In this document: one piece after another, positions 42,401 through 55,908 of the stretch
Position numbering within the stretch: the first letter of the stretch is position 1
How the letters are laid out: the number at the start of each line of letters is the position of its first letter
NCBI GenBank assembly: GCA_043228905.1
Contig: JBHGNT010000015.1
Coordinates: 12,400,001 to 12,464,000, forward strand
DNA: 64,000 bases
Source of the DNA: Azolla caroliniana
Lineage: Eukaryota > Plantae > Polypodiophyta
Direction of reading: 5' to 3'
Notes under the pieces: model-generated
What the model saw: the letters and a program-made list of their open reading frames with translations, nothing else
The model's database searches: none
What the model was told of the DNA's origin: nothing
Made by a program: the position numbers and the translations under genes

Positions 42401-45122
42401 AAGCGTTACATCCTACTTATTACTCGATCTAATGTGGTACATGTGAATCAAGGTGATGAATGGATAGTGGATCCTACTAAAATAATTGGCATATGTGTTC
42501 ATTACTTTAGGAGTTGATTGGCCTACAATTGTTAATGACAAATGAGGTGAGTAGAGCACGCCATGAGTTTTATGATTTGGTTGGATGTATTGTGCATGAC
42601 CTCATTAGTCATGAATAGGATGTAGATTTCACTGAGGATGAGGTGGACACAGTTTTAAGGCATCTTCCTAGTGGTAAGAGCTCTGGTTGGGATATTCACA
42701 CATTTAAAAAAATTTAAGTGATATTCACACATTTTAAAGGGGCCCTTAACTTTGATGTTTCAACATTCTTGGGATTCTAGTCGTATGCCACAAGCTTGGA
42801 AGGTTGGTCTAATTAAATTAGTTCCAAAGGTGGCATCTCCAGAGTCATTTCATCAATGGAGACCTATTTCTTTGATGGGGGAGTTGTATAAGATATTTAC
42901 AAAGGTCTTGGCAAATAGATTACAAAAGTATTTGTCAAAGTTGATACATCTCGCCCAATATGGTTTTATTGTAGGTAGGAATATATTGCACAATGTGTTG
43001 AATGTTCAAATGGCCATGGATTATGCTCGAAACACTCATCAAGTATTGATTATGGTGCAATTAGATTTGGAGAAAGCTTATAATCATGTTAATTGGTCCT
43101 TTGTTTCTGGGTTAATGCATACAATGGGCTTTGGACCTCGTATGTCTCGCCTCATCTTTTTATTAGGACAAGATGTAGTGTCTCGAGTCATGCTTAATGG
43201 AGGAGTTACATAAGATATTGCCCTTACAAGATCCGTTCGTCAAGGATGCCCTATTAGACTGTTGTTGTTTGCTATTGTTACTCATCCCTTGTTAGTGATG
43301 TTATCAAGGCTTGCAACAAATGGTGATATTGTGGGTCTACACCTTCTATTTGGAGGGCAACTAGTTGCACAAGCTTTGGCTGATGATTCTTTTATGTTTC
43401 TACAAGCCTCACAAGAGAATCTTGAGAAGGGGATGCTTGTATGGAACCAATTTGCATTGGCTTCCGAATTACATATTAATTGGAGGAAGTTTAGTCTCAT
43501 ATCATGTACTGAAAGGGATTTGGAATGTTTAGGATGACAAGGATCCGTGGTGAAGAAAGGCTCTAAGTTCATGTATTGGAAATCACAATCTTGGCCATTT
43601 CATGGACGTTTGAAGGTTGTACAATGTATTATGGAACCTATGTTATTATATTACTTACCATTGCTGCTGTGGACAAAGAAGGTTTTGCATTCTATTTTGC
43701 AACCTCTTCAATATTTGTTGTGGAAGAAAAGGGATAATATGGGAATCACTTGGGTTGCATGGAATCATCTAGCAACTCTTAAGCGCTTGGGGGGAGCTGG
43801 AGTATTGAACTTATCTAAGCATATGATGGCTCATAGATTTTCATTATTACAAGAAATGTGTTCAAACTCACAACCATGGATATCTATTGTTCAATATTTC
43901 ATTGAGAACAAGGGTTTAACACATGGGAGGACAACAATTAAGGCTTCATGGTGGCAATTACTAAATGGATGTATTTCACTTAGGATTCTGGGCTCTACAT
44001 GTGTTCAACGCTTGGTTACCTCATGGCAAGAAGCACTCTTGTTATGTGTATGGAAATGATAATCTAGTAGAGAGCATTGTAATTCTTTGCAAAAAGAGTT
44101 ACTTGTGTCTTCTCGGTTATTATGTTGGCCAGGAAAGGAGAGATTACGCGCTGAATTTAATCGTTTGTTTCGTTTGGAGGTCAAAGAGGTGGGAGATATA
44201 GTTGAGGCTCCATCTCAAAGAATTTTGGAGTTTGTTGAAGCACGACAATTATTACGCATTCCGCCTAATTATGGGTTTACTTGGCAACAACTACAAAATA
44301 TTCCATTGATGCAAGGTCCCTTACCTCTACAAACAGGAGAACAACCGTGGATTGATTGGTGTTTAAAGGGTCAAACATCGTTGTTACAAGTGACTACTAA
44401 TCTTTTGTATTTGATTGCTCTGTTGAGTCTCTTGGATGGTTATCATCTAAGGCTGAAGAAGAATGGAGATTACACAAATATGATCATGGGTGGTGGCAAA
44501 TCTTACAACGTAGTTGGCATTCTAAATTGCCACTTGTAGCAAAGGTCTTCATTTGGAAAGTTTTGATTGGACGATTGCCTTTGGGATTAGCTCTAAAGCG
44601 TCGTGGACTAGCAACGGGTAATTGCTTTTTTTGCATTGTTCAAATGGAAGATAGTACTCATCGATTTATACAATGACCGATTGCTTCTCAGATTTGGAGT
44701 TACATTTCTCAAATTTGGCAAGTTTTATCACGGTGTTATTTGACACCTAGACAGTGGGTGTTTACACAATTTACAAAGGTGGACCCACAATCAGAGATGG
44801 AGATTGTTTTTTTCTATTTTTGAGATATTGGGGATTGCGCCATAATTGGAATATACGCAACGCTTTTGTATTCGATGGTAGACATGGAGTGAAAGCATAT
44901 CTATGAAAGTTGAAGGGAGTACTAATGTGACAATTTTCTTTATTGGAGCAAGTGGAAATCCTTTCCTCGGTGGAATGTTTGTCTTGCCTATAGGCAATTC
45001 AACATGTTCCATTACCCATGTAGTGTACTGTAGTTAGTGGGTGACCATACTTCATGGTCACACCCATTGTAAGTAGTGTTTTTTACACACATTTATTAAT
45101 ATAATTGTGTGTTTGCACCAAA
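39453..45122 (+). mobile_element. Near full-length degenerate L1-clade LINE: ORF1 (39672-40937+, zinc knuckle) and ORF2 (from 41302: APE endonuclease, RT, C-terminal Cys region)
   Basis: ORF1 has CFGCGEWGHFMAEC (CCHC). ORF2 has MKVVTWNVRG, VGIYAPN, LMGDFN, WSRLDRMYV, WRPISLM, QYGFIVGR, LDLEKAYNHVNW, SVRQGCP, LADDS and CFFC...THRFIQ. Frameshifted. Flanked by (GA)n on both sides. Confidence 0.93.
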
Positions 45123-45147
45123 AGAGAGAGAGAGAGAGAGAGAGAGA

Positions 45148-45790
45148 ATACACAAATCTGATCATGGGTGGTGGTAGATCTTACAACATAATTGACATTC
45201 TAAATTGTCACTTGTAGCAAAGGTCTCCATTTAGAGAGTTTTGATTGGAGGATTGCCTTTGGGATTAGCTGTAAAGTATTGTGGACTAGCAATGGGTAAT
45301 TGCTTTTTTTGCACTCTTCAAATGGAAGATAATACTCATCGATTTATACAATGTCCAATTGCTTGTCAGATTTGGAGTTACATTTCTCAAATTTGGCAAG
45401 TTTTATCACGGTGTTATTTGACACCTAGACGATGGGTGTTTGCACAATTTACACAGGTTGACCCAAAATTAGAGATGGAGATCGTTTTTCTATTTCTAAG
45501 ATATTAGGGATTGTGTCATAATTGGAACATGCACAACACTTTTGTATTCAATGGTAGACATGGAGTGAAAACATATCTATGAAAGTTGAAGGGAGTACTA
45601 ATGTGACAATTTTCTTTATTGGAGCAAGTGGAAATTCTTTCCTCGGTGGAGTTTTCGTCTTGTCTATTGGCAATTCAACATGTTCCACTACCCATGTAGT
45701 GTAGTTAGTGGGTGGCCATACTCCATTGTCACACCCATTGTAAGTAGTGTTTTTTACACACATTTATTAATATAATTGTGTGTTTTCACC
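45148..45790 (+). mobile_element. 5'-truncated second copy of the same LINE (3' ~640 bp)
   Basis: Homologous but not identical to 44471-45120. Same 3' terminus (...TTGTGTGTTT(G/T)CACC), followed by GA repeats. Confidence 0.92.
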
Positions 45791-46973
45791 AGAGAGAGAG
45801 AAAGAGAGAAGGAAAGAAAGATATATGTACATCTTCTTAAGGCCAAAATTGGCCCATGAGACAGTTGGTTTACAACAAAATGGGTGTTTATCCAATCATC
45901 AAAACTAAAATAAAATAAAGTAAAAATAGAACTTAAACTAAAAGAGTTCTAGTAGTGTACAAAACGTGGCATACTCGATAAAAGGAAGTGACTTTGCACT
46001 AAGCCTAATTTCATTTCCACCCAAGCCTCTCGAAAAGAAGTGGGAGGTCAAAAGGTTTTGGTGTGGGTGTGACCCATGGTCTCAGTGTATAGAGTACCCC
46101 AGCCATGGCCTCTAGGCAGTGTAGCTCACGTTCCCTTCTTTTTTTTTTTGCTTCTACACCACGTTGAGTTGCTTTGAAACCCGACATCCAAGGGTGTTTG
46201 GTTCTTCTTTGGTTTTCAGCTTCATCAAGGAAAAAGACGAGTGGTGCAGGTGTATCGACATTCGTTGTCTCCCCCTGTTCTTGAAAAACTTCATTTCTTA
46301 CATGTTGGGGAACATTAACAACATTATTGTCAGCATTTTGTAACTTATTCTCTCTGTGTTGTTTTAGCTCTAGGATGTATCTGCCTAATTTCTTTATACC
46401 TAGAGTATCTAATAGTTTGGGGAGGGTAGGAGAGGAACCAAGTATGTCTTGGTATTTTGCCCTTATCTCGGCTTAGGTGGGACACTTGCATTTAAAGTGG
46501 TACTCATCCTCTATCTCTATGTGACATAGCCTACATATCCTTTCCTCCCTGGGGGGGGGGGGGGCTATATTCCATTATGCCCCATGGGTGGGGTTTATAT
46601 AGTACAAGAGGTAACCGTTACAAGTAAAGAATGAGACAAGTAAGGAGTTACATTACATACCCACTTTCTCACCTTTGTACACATGCACACAAATGTGCAT
46701 ATGTTCATACACATACTCATCCTCACCCACTCATTTATATTACACATTACACACCATACACCATACACCATACACATTACACCTTAACCCTCTGATACAC
46801 CTATACGGGTAACACTGACCCTCTGTCAAAATCAAGTTGCAATAAAATCTTGTCCCCCAAGGTCTATGAGTTAGCCATGGGTTGACTTTGTAAGGAGGAG
46901 ATCAAGTTATCAGTTAGGATATGCAACTTAATTACTCACTCAATATTCTTTGATCACTCATAATACAAATCCG

Positions 46974-47011
<38 letters not shown>

Positions 47012-47493
47012 CACACACATAGAGAAACGTGTGAGAAGTATAGGTGGGGAAACGGGTCAAACAAGAAATATATAGAAGACTGAATGATAGGGTAAGGGTA
47101 TATAGGATGGATATAATACAAAAAATAAAAAGCCTTGTCGGTTCGAGTCTTGTTTGGAAGATAGAAGATCAAGTGGATGGACATATGATTGTCATTTTGC
47201 TTTGCAGTAGGTGCTCGAGGAAAAGGAGAAAAAAAAACAAAGGTGCATGCTAAATAAATAGCATTCACCATTTTTATTTGCATGAGGTGTTCCTAAGGCC
47301 TATGAATTGGAGAGGGGGGTCAAATTTTAGATCAAGGCAAAAGCACTATCGAAATTTCAATAGAGCATGGAGTAGTGAATCAAGTGGGCATTCAAGGCTG
47401 CCGATGACAAGAGGCAACAAAGCCGTCTTGTTGGTCCACTAAACCAAAACTCAAGGATATCACTCCGAAGCTTTGCCCTCAAATCTTATAGCT

Positions 47494-47637
47494 CTATTTT
47501 CATTATCTATTTCCCTTTCAAGCCACTCTGTATAACAGAGTTGAAATAATCTCACTTGTATCTACTATTTTCATTATCTATTTCCCTTTCAAGCCACTCC
47601 GTGTAACAGAGTTGAAATAATCTCACTTGTATCTACT
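47494..47637. repeat. 71-bp tandem duplication
   Basis: CTATTTTCATTATCTATTTCCCTTTCAAGCCACTC...CACTTGTATCTAC starts at 47494 and 47565. Confidence 0.9.
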
Positions 47638-50051
47638 TTATTCGTGAAATTTAGTGAAATTTATAATTTTGATATCTATATTCAATTATTTCTTGTGATT
47701 CTTCTATCTGAAACTACGTAAAGTTATGTGATTTCGGTGCTTAATTGACAAAAGACAAAACTCAGATTGCCATCTTGGAAATCTTGTCACGCCAACACGA
47801 AGATTTTCCCTTGAGGGTTGTGATGGAATTTTCGGATCATGGTTCCGACCACCGGATGAGAAGTTAGAACCTTCTCCACCTCCTCAAACCTTCACCTCTT
47901 GGAGCCTTGTCCACCTCAACCATTCTTGTCTTCCAACCTTCCCATCCTCCAACATTTGAAGGGATTAAAATAACAATATGAGTGTGTAAGCCTAATGTGC
48001 CACATAGATGTATTTGTGTAAGACAAAATTTGAACCTTGCGCCTATTAAGCTAGAAGCATTGTATTTACCAATAAAGCAATCATTATATTTTTCAATTTA
48101 TATTTACTATGAATACTTATTCAAATACCATTGAGACCAACCTTCTAGGAACAAAACCAAATATCGAGGGGTAGGATGGAGTCCGACACAATAATTCGAT
48201 TATGCAACCCATCCTTTATGGTTCAAGTCGTTGATGGTCCTACGCATGTTTCACACACACATGCATAACTTCACGACAAAACATTGTTAGAATAATTATC
48301 TTATGCTTCTTTGCCCTTTCTAACTTTTACACAAGGGTTTTTATACAAAAGGAGCTACATCAATGGATTGCCTAGTCGTAAGGGTGTCCTACTAAATTCT
48401 TCTTAGACATTTAACAAAATTACATGTCCCAAACAATTAACACCAACAAGAGATTCTCAATGGACAAGTGCATATGTTGTAGACATATGTGTGGTTCATG
48501 TGCTTTTCTTAACATTACTTTTATTCTTAAATAGAGATCATAACTATGTGCGTAATAGGTCATAATTGTTTCATCAAACATAGAGAAGTTGTGATAGGTT
48601 GGCGATTGAGTAATCAATATTGCAAACTAGAGAGATGGCTCACACCATGCCATTTTATCATGGACTTGTACTATAGTAGTAGACTCATTAGAAAAGCAAC
48701 ATGCAATAGATGCACATTTGAGCCATCAAGATTTTGAGATGGAAACTTTGGATTTGGTAGGGAGTCTATATACCTAACTAGTGGGGGGTTTCGGTGAGTA
48801 TTTGTGGCCCTTCATTGTGCCTGATAAGAAAGTATTTTCGCGGTTACAATCTCTAAATAGTGAAGGCAACCGCGAAAATACTTTCTTATCAGGCAATAAT
48901 GCTCTAATTGAGACATACAACATGTGTTCATTTAACATACAAAAGGGAGTTCTTACACCTCATGTTTATGCTCACATGTAGAGGGTATTCTAAAGGCCTT
49001 TTGGTGATGTTTTCCTCAAGAGAGGTTGAGAACCATCATTGATATGTCACATTTAGTAACATTCCAGTATTGCAATGTGGAATATATAGGAAGAATTGAT
49101 GTTGTTGTATACTTTGTGGTGAGACACAATCCACACATCATAGACCTTGGTTGGCATATTGACAAAGTTGATGCACACTCGCAAAAATCAATGTAATACC
49201 TCTAGAGGCTCTTTAAGGGATATCAAGGAAAGGAAACAAACCTTCCTTGCAAGCTAGAGTTATTCTTGTCTTTTCTTTTATTTTGTTGTGCCCTTGATGG
49301 TTTATCACACATGGTTCTTTGGAATGTTCCAATAAGTGTTTTTCATGGAATGTTTGAAAGTGGCATTACTTTGTATTTGTATTATCCTCAAATTAGGCCA
49401 TCTTGGCAATTTTGATGTATATGTTATACAATTTATATAAAACTATGTTTTAAAGATAAATATGGAGTCAATTATGTGATTGTTTAGATGATGATGGTTG
49501 TTATCATGAGTTATGAATACATCTTCAAATACAATACTCTTTTCTAGCACATAAAAAACAATCTACACACTCAATGCCCACATACACTCAAGAAGAACAA
49601 TGACACAAGACGACGAGGTCAACAATGACAGAGAGGAAGTGTAATGCACTCTAAATATTGACTAATAAATCAGCAAGAAGTCAATACAATGGTTGTAGAA
49701 TAAATGGCTTGCAAGAATTACCTCACTCAAAGACTAAACTAATCTTGGGTGAAGGGTTGCCTTCTCTACTTGCAACCACAAAATTCCTTTTGTAAGGGGT
49801 TGCACAACCCATGACTTTGTGGTTGCCAATGATAGCCAAATGTTTGAAAGAACTAAACATAAAAATGATATAATACTATTAGCATCATAAAGCCTAGATT
49901 CCAAAATGGTACGAACACACCTATCATGTTGATAAAGAGGCATGAAGTTGCCTCTCTTGCACAATAAAATACCAAAACCTTCCACTAATGGATGATCGTA
50001 ATCTGTAATAGGAGATTGCAACCTTATGCATGGAGCTTTGCCCGGAGAGGC

Positions 50052-50354
50052 TAAGTTGATGGAGGGGAATCTAGGTTGCATGATCATTTTTCGCTGAACT
50101 TTAATGTGGTTGTGTAAGGAGCTCCTATGTTCTAGTATGGGTGTGTAGGATGTGCTCTAAGTTCTAATAGACTTTAACAAAGCACAAACTTTGATGGTAG
50201 TCTTTGATAAGTTGATGGAGGGAGCCTAGACTACGTGATCTTTTTTAAGCTCGATTTTAATGTGGTTGTGTAAGTAGTTCCTATGTTCTAGTATGGACGT
50301 GTAGGGTGTGCATATGTTTTGCTAGATTGTAACAAAGCACAACCTTTGATGGTA
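50052..50354. repeat. ~156-bp diverged tandem duplication
   Basis: TAAGTTGATGGAGGG...TTTAATGTGGTTGTGTAAG...AACAAAGCACAA(A/C)CTTTGATGGTA starts at ~50052 and ~50208. Confidence 0.8.
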
Positions 50355-53300
50355 ACAATGAGCTATTAGTTTCTCCAAAAAAATTAATTGGCCTCTTTCT
50401 TCTAGACAAAGGCTTCACTAAAACTCAATTTCCACAATCCAAGGGTTTTTGAAAATGAGACCATTATTAGGAAGTGCTAATAAATGTACAGATCAAAGTG
50501 CAGCTGTAATAAATGTGGAGTTGAGAACACATGATAACAATGGCCAAAAAATAGTACTTCACACAACCTATAAGTTGTTATGCTTTTATTTCGTGAAGTT
50601 ATGAATTTATCTCAAGAATTTAATGGGTGTGCAAGGAGTTAGTGATGCATTCTCCAATCATTAACTTATTATGACCAAGTTAGAGTGAAATATACTAAGT
50701 CTTCTATAATCTTCTTACCTCATCTCCTTACAAAGTTTTCCTACTAAATGATATTAATCTCCGTGCATCATTTCGAGTTATGGATGTGAGTGACATAACG
50801 AAAACTCATAATAATTTGTGGTACAAGTCTAAGACTAAAGTTCAATAATGCAACGGTTACATTGGGCATAGACGGGTTGCAATCATGCAACCTTCATGTA
50901 CAATGGTCACACCATTCAAGAAGAATTTTCACAACTATTAAGTTCGTCAGGTGTTCCCCTTATTTGGATGCACATCTTATTCCATAGATTATAAGCATGG
51001 TAGTTTATTGAGTTAAAGGTGTGAAGCCTTGGAGAGATGTAAGTAACAAGCACCTCCATCGAAAAAAAGAAAAAGAAGAGGACAGATCCTTTAGGCTCTG
51101 GGTTCAAGAACATTGCTATGATTATGATTATTAACCGCATGTCAAATTTGAAGCTCCTTTGTACTTGCCATATCAATATTTTCATTAATCATGAAGATTT
51201 CTTATAATCGTGTTAATTTCCATGAAAGTGTCAAAAATATCACTTGGTTTTGTCAATACGGTTTTCTTATGGTTGCATGGTATCATAATGCTCTCTCATC
51301 AAGTTACAAAGATTAATATCATGGAAGAGCTAATAGATCAATGGGGTAAAACCAACCTCATAGTGTTTGTAGATAATTGTTGTTCTATTCATTGCATGGT
51401 CATGCAAACACCTAGATTTGTTGGAATTGTTTCATCTAATACACCTACGAGTTTAAAACACATTAGTGTTATTAAACCTTGGCTTGAATTCGAAAAAATG
51501 CAATAAAGATGGAATAACTTTTTCTTAGCTATAGCAGTTCCACTTTATTTATGGTTCTTTACATATAAAGGACCGAACATTGATTTTTATTGATTAACTC
51601 CAAAACTTCACAATAACCTATTACCATCACCCTTCATATTACATGGTATAAGCAAAACATATAATTGTCTGAAATACACTTAAAGGGTGGGAGTGTTTCT
51701 TTACATATTGATAGTGAATCCACAGTTGAATCTTATGACAATCCCGTTAGTGATTGTCTCCTCCAGAGTCCATACGAATCTTTGTCTCGTTTTGTATGCA
51801 TTTTAAAAAGGAACATAAAAGTTTGGGAAAATGTAGAATCATAACAAATACGTTGTTATATGCAACCATGCCTAGCATTAAATAAAAGTGAAGCGAATGG
51901 AATCAGTTGTCTTTGATTTACATAACCAAAAGAAGATTCACTGTGAAAGAAAGCTTGCAAATGTCTTCGTAGTATCATATTCTTATAAGTTGTGTAATTT
52001 GGAATTGAACTTGTATAAATTTCATGACTTGGAGAACGATCATCTATTTCGTTTGCTCAAAGCTAGTTGGCTATTTTGTCTCCCTCATATCAAAGCACAT
52101 CTAAATTGGGTTATGAGGAAAATCATTTTGTAGATATTTAACTTATGACATTCCGTAACCCAATTTATGTGTTCCACAAGGCCACTTATGTGTATCCAAG
52201 TTATGCTCACGAGTAACAATGCATTGTTATAAGCGTGCTAATATACATACATGGAGTACGTAAAATAGTGCACACTCATATGTATATATAAATATATAAT
52301 ATAAAGTAATCGATGGTACCATGTACTAATGCGGCATCTAACCTCACCTACCTAGGGGAGACAAGTGAATAGGAAATGGAGGAATGCTAGGCTGTAAAAG
52401 ATATCATGTGAGTTTTGGACAATGTAGACAAAAAACACAAAAGAGTTAGAGAAAAAGTATAAGATACAAATTTTAGACCTTGGGATGTGTGAATCTATGT
52501 GGAAAGGACCACACAAAAGCAAAAAAACATGAGTGACCAACAATTATGCTTCAACGAAGCAAGTGGGGTGGGGGTGGGGTGGGGTAAACAATAGTGCTAG
52601 CCAACAAGGGCAACAACATAAAGAGCTGGTGGGGAATGCTAGTTGGTAAATATAGATCGTAGAAGGAAAGATAAATTGAGGGTGGTGGAGGGGGAATCAA
52701 AATGCACGAGGTAATCGAATCAACAATGACTTTGTTGATTGTAGCTAAAAACATATGGATGCGGAAAGTATAATTTGGACAAGACATTTGTATAAATTTG
52801 AAATGGGTTTTGATTGCTTTCATGTATGCCACAGAAAGTGTGGGTGTCCATGTCTATTTGTACATGAATATTGGTGGAGCATTCTCATGAAAGACTTTTG
52901 TGGATATGATGTGAATCTATGTTAAACCCATACTTTTGAAACTCGACAAAGAAGCTTCCTTGTGGCATGTAGTAGGGACAAGGATGTTTGTGCACATATG
53001 CTCATATTTGCATCACATTTGAATGAGAAAGGTGTATTGCAATGTATGTCTCGTGATATCCATTATTTGCATATTACCTGATGTTTCATTTGTTTAAGAT
53101 GAAGCTTCCTTGGATAGAGCAAATTCGAGACAGTGTTAGATGAATGGGCATTTATAATTTGTCCACTAGAGAGAGATGCGGGACATAAATGATCTTCACT
53201 TGTTATACATTTGTGGATTTTGTAAGTGATTCCTAATGCTCAATAATTTGACTAATAAGTCTTGCAACACAACTTCCATGTCTTGTCCAAGAAAGATTTA

Positions 53301-54459
53301 GATAGGGATAGATTGTGATGTAAAATATATGGAAAGCAAGTTTATGATGAGATCAAAGATTGAGAAGCCAAATAGAGTGAGTGTTGACACATGTACACCC
53401 TCATGAACTTGCTGAGAGTGTAGAGTGCAATATAATGTAAAGAATTACACAATTTGGGAATGATGTGACATATGAAAACCCTTTCAATGTGGACAATGGA
53501 GACAAGAATGCACCATATTCGTTGAAAGGGAAGGGGACAAGTGAAGCTAGTCACTTGTGTGGTCCATCAAAGCATAGTCTTTTGAGGGAGGAGTTGGGGG
53601 CCCCCACCCGATGGAGGTATGTGATGTTTATTAGGGAAAACTACAAACATACTGAAAAAGCCACATGGGTTTCAAAATATTTTCGAAATGACACTTCTTA
53701 ACAAAAGACAATTTAGTAGCCAAAGTATTGGAACGGCTACTTCTGTGCCATGAGAATGGAAAAAAAGTTGAGCGGCTAGTTAATGTTGATTTGCGTGACA
53801 TCTCAAATTAAGTAAGGGGGTTAGTAGGAGGGACATGGCAATTTTGCATTAGTGTGTGTGTGTGTGGTGGCATATGACGGCCTGAATGAAGGCTATGTTA
53901 TTTGTGGAGACAAGGATAGATAGATTTTTTTTTTTAGCGTCCATAGAGAGGCTAATATTGACCCATAGGAGACGGGAGCAGGGGACGGCGGACATATATA
54001 TGTCCAAGATTTCAGGCATTCTCTGCATTAATTAGGCCACTTGAAAAAGCGGGATGGTGTTTGAGGAGGCTTCTACTTTTCCATTTGTTTGTGTGTGTGT
54101 GTGTGTGTATGAAGGTAGAAAAAAAGGGTAGTTCCAATGGATGGGCATGGGCATGGGCATGGGCAATGGGCAATGGAGGCATGGCATGGAGAGGAGTGGG
54201 TGGGGTAAAATTGCTCTACCTCACCTACATATATGTTGTATGTACAGACAGACAGACAGACAGACAATGGTTGGCTGGCTGACTACTGACTACTGGCTGA
54301 CTGGCTTTAGCTTTTGTTTGATATGAGAGTTCTCAGTGGGTATGTGTTGTTGTTGGGTGAGAGAGAGAGAGAGTGAGTGGGTCACGTGGGCGGAGAGGTG
54401 TGAAACGGCCATTTGGGCATGCAACGTCTCTTTCTGTGGCCCAAAAGCTGGCTGGCCTC

Positions 54460-54510
<51 letters not shown>

Positions 54511-54949
54511 ACAGAGAGAGACAGACACGGAGGCAGAGAGAAGGCTTCTTCTCCTTTGGTGTCAAACAGACACAGGCTGGTAAAAAGGAGACAGAAAAAC
54601 CCGGTCTCGGAAGGGCTGCTTAAAAGGAGGAGAAAACACACACACACACACACACACACCCCACACCCAGAGAGAGCAGAGAGAAGCAGTGGCTGTCTTT
54701 TTATTTTTGTTGAGGCAAAAACAAAAGGATCATTTCATAAAGACCACCCCACCCAGCTGCTGAAGCATTGCAGCAGCTTCTGAAGAAGAAGAAGAAGAAG
54801 AAGAAGAAGAAGAAGAGGGAATTCAAGGAAGGGAGAAAAGGAAGCAGAAGAGCGTCCTGCAGGGGTGCTCAGCCGATCGATCGATCGATCGAAGAGACAA
54901 GAAGAAGAAGAAAGAAGAAGAAAGAAGAAAGACTTAAGAGAGAGTAAAG

Positions 54950-54987
<38 letters not shown>

Positions 54988-54991
54988 AGAG

Positions 54992-55908
54992 ATGGCACAA
55001 CGCAATCACCTCCTCCTCTTCGGCAGCACCTTCATGCTCCTGCTCCTGCTGCCATCATCATCATCCTCCATGATGGCTATGGCGCAGAGCAATACCTCCA
55101 ACTCTTCATCTCCCTCTCCCTCTCCCGCCCCAACCCCCATCTCTGCAACGCCTACTAAATCGCCATCGCCATCGCCATCTCCATCGTCTGCCTCCATTAC
55201 GCCCACCCCTCTTTCTTCTCCTGCCTCATCCCCTGTCTCTGCTTCGCCCGTTTCATCTCCTGTCTCTTCTCCTGCAGTCTCGGCGCCCGTTTCTCCTCCC
55301 GTTTCTTCCCCTGTCTCTTCACCCGTTTCTTCCCCTGCCTCTTCACCCGTTTCTTCCCCTGCCTCTTCACCCGTTTCTTCCCCTGCCTCTTCATCCGTTT
55401 CTTCCCCTGCCTCTTCACCCGCTTCTTCCCCTCCCTCTTCACCCGCTTCTTCTCCTGCCTCTTCACCCGTTTCTTCACCCGTTTCCGCCCCCGCCTCAAA
55501 CCCTGCAGCTTCTGCATCCAGCCCGCCATCCCCTCCTCCCACTACCCCTACCCCTCAGCCATCCACACCCAGTGTAAGTTCCCTTCCTTCCTTCCTTTTC
55601 CTCTCTCATTTCTCCATCTCTTTCTATTTCTGCGCTTCTCATTCTCTGCTCTGCTTCCTTCTCCATGAATAATCACAATTCCTCCCTCCATTCCTGTGAT
55701 TTCTGAGACACTACTAGTATATATATATATATACATATATATGCATCTGTTTTCTGATGATGATCCTTCTCTATCTCTGATGTTCCGTTCTCTCTTTGTT
55801 TTGTTTTTGCAGAGCGCTACTACTACTACTACTACTACTACACAGAGCCTTGCTCAGATGTTGCTCTTCTCCATGGCTGCCGTGGCTGCAGCGCTCTATG
55901 CATTCTGA
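54992..55908 (+). CDS. Classical arabinogalactan protein (signal peptide, PAST-rich SSP[A/V] repeats, GPI-anchor signal); 2 exons, 225 aa
   Basis: Exon 1 54992-55573 (MAQRNHLLLFGSTFMLLLLL... SPSPSPAPTP, many SSPA/SSPV units, PSTPS). Intron GTAAGT...TTTTGCAG. Exon 2 55813-55908 SATTTTTTTTQSLAQMLLFSMAAVAAALYAF* gives a hydrophobic tail. GA/GAA-rich leader upstream. Confidence 0.88.

Noticed and set aside
50900-53700. Short ORFs and faint integrase/LINE-like traces
   Set aside because: Too degenerate to assign by eye; no conserved motif could be read with confidence.
54061-54990. Multiple overlapping ORFs with THTH/RERE/CVCV runs
   Set aside because: Products of CT/CA/GA/GAA microsatellites in the AGP promoter and 5'UTR.
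55006-55542. Minus-strand ORFs rich in EEAG/EETG (178 aa) and KKRVKRQG (110 aa)
   Set aside because: Antisense shadows of the AGP coding minisatellite; the plus strand has the signal peptide, splice sites and GPI tail.
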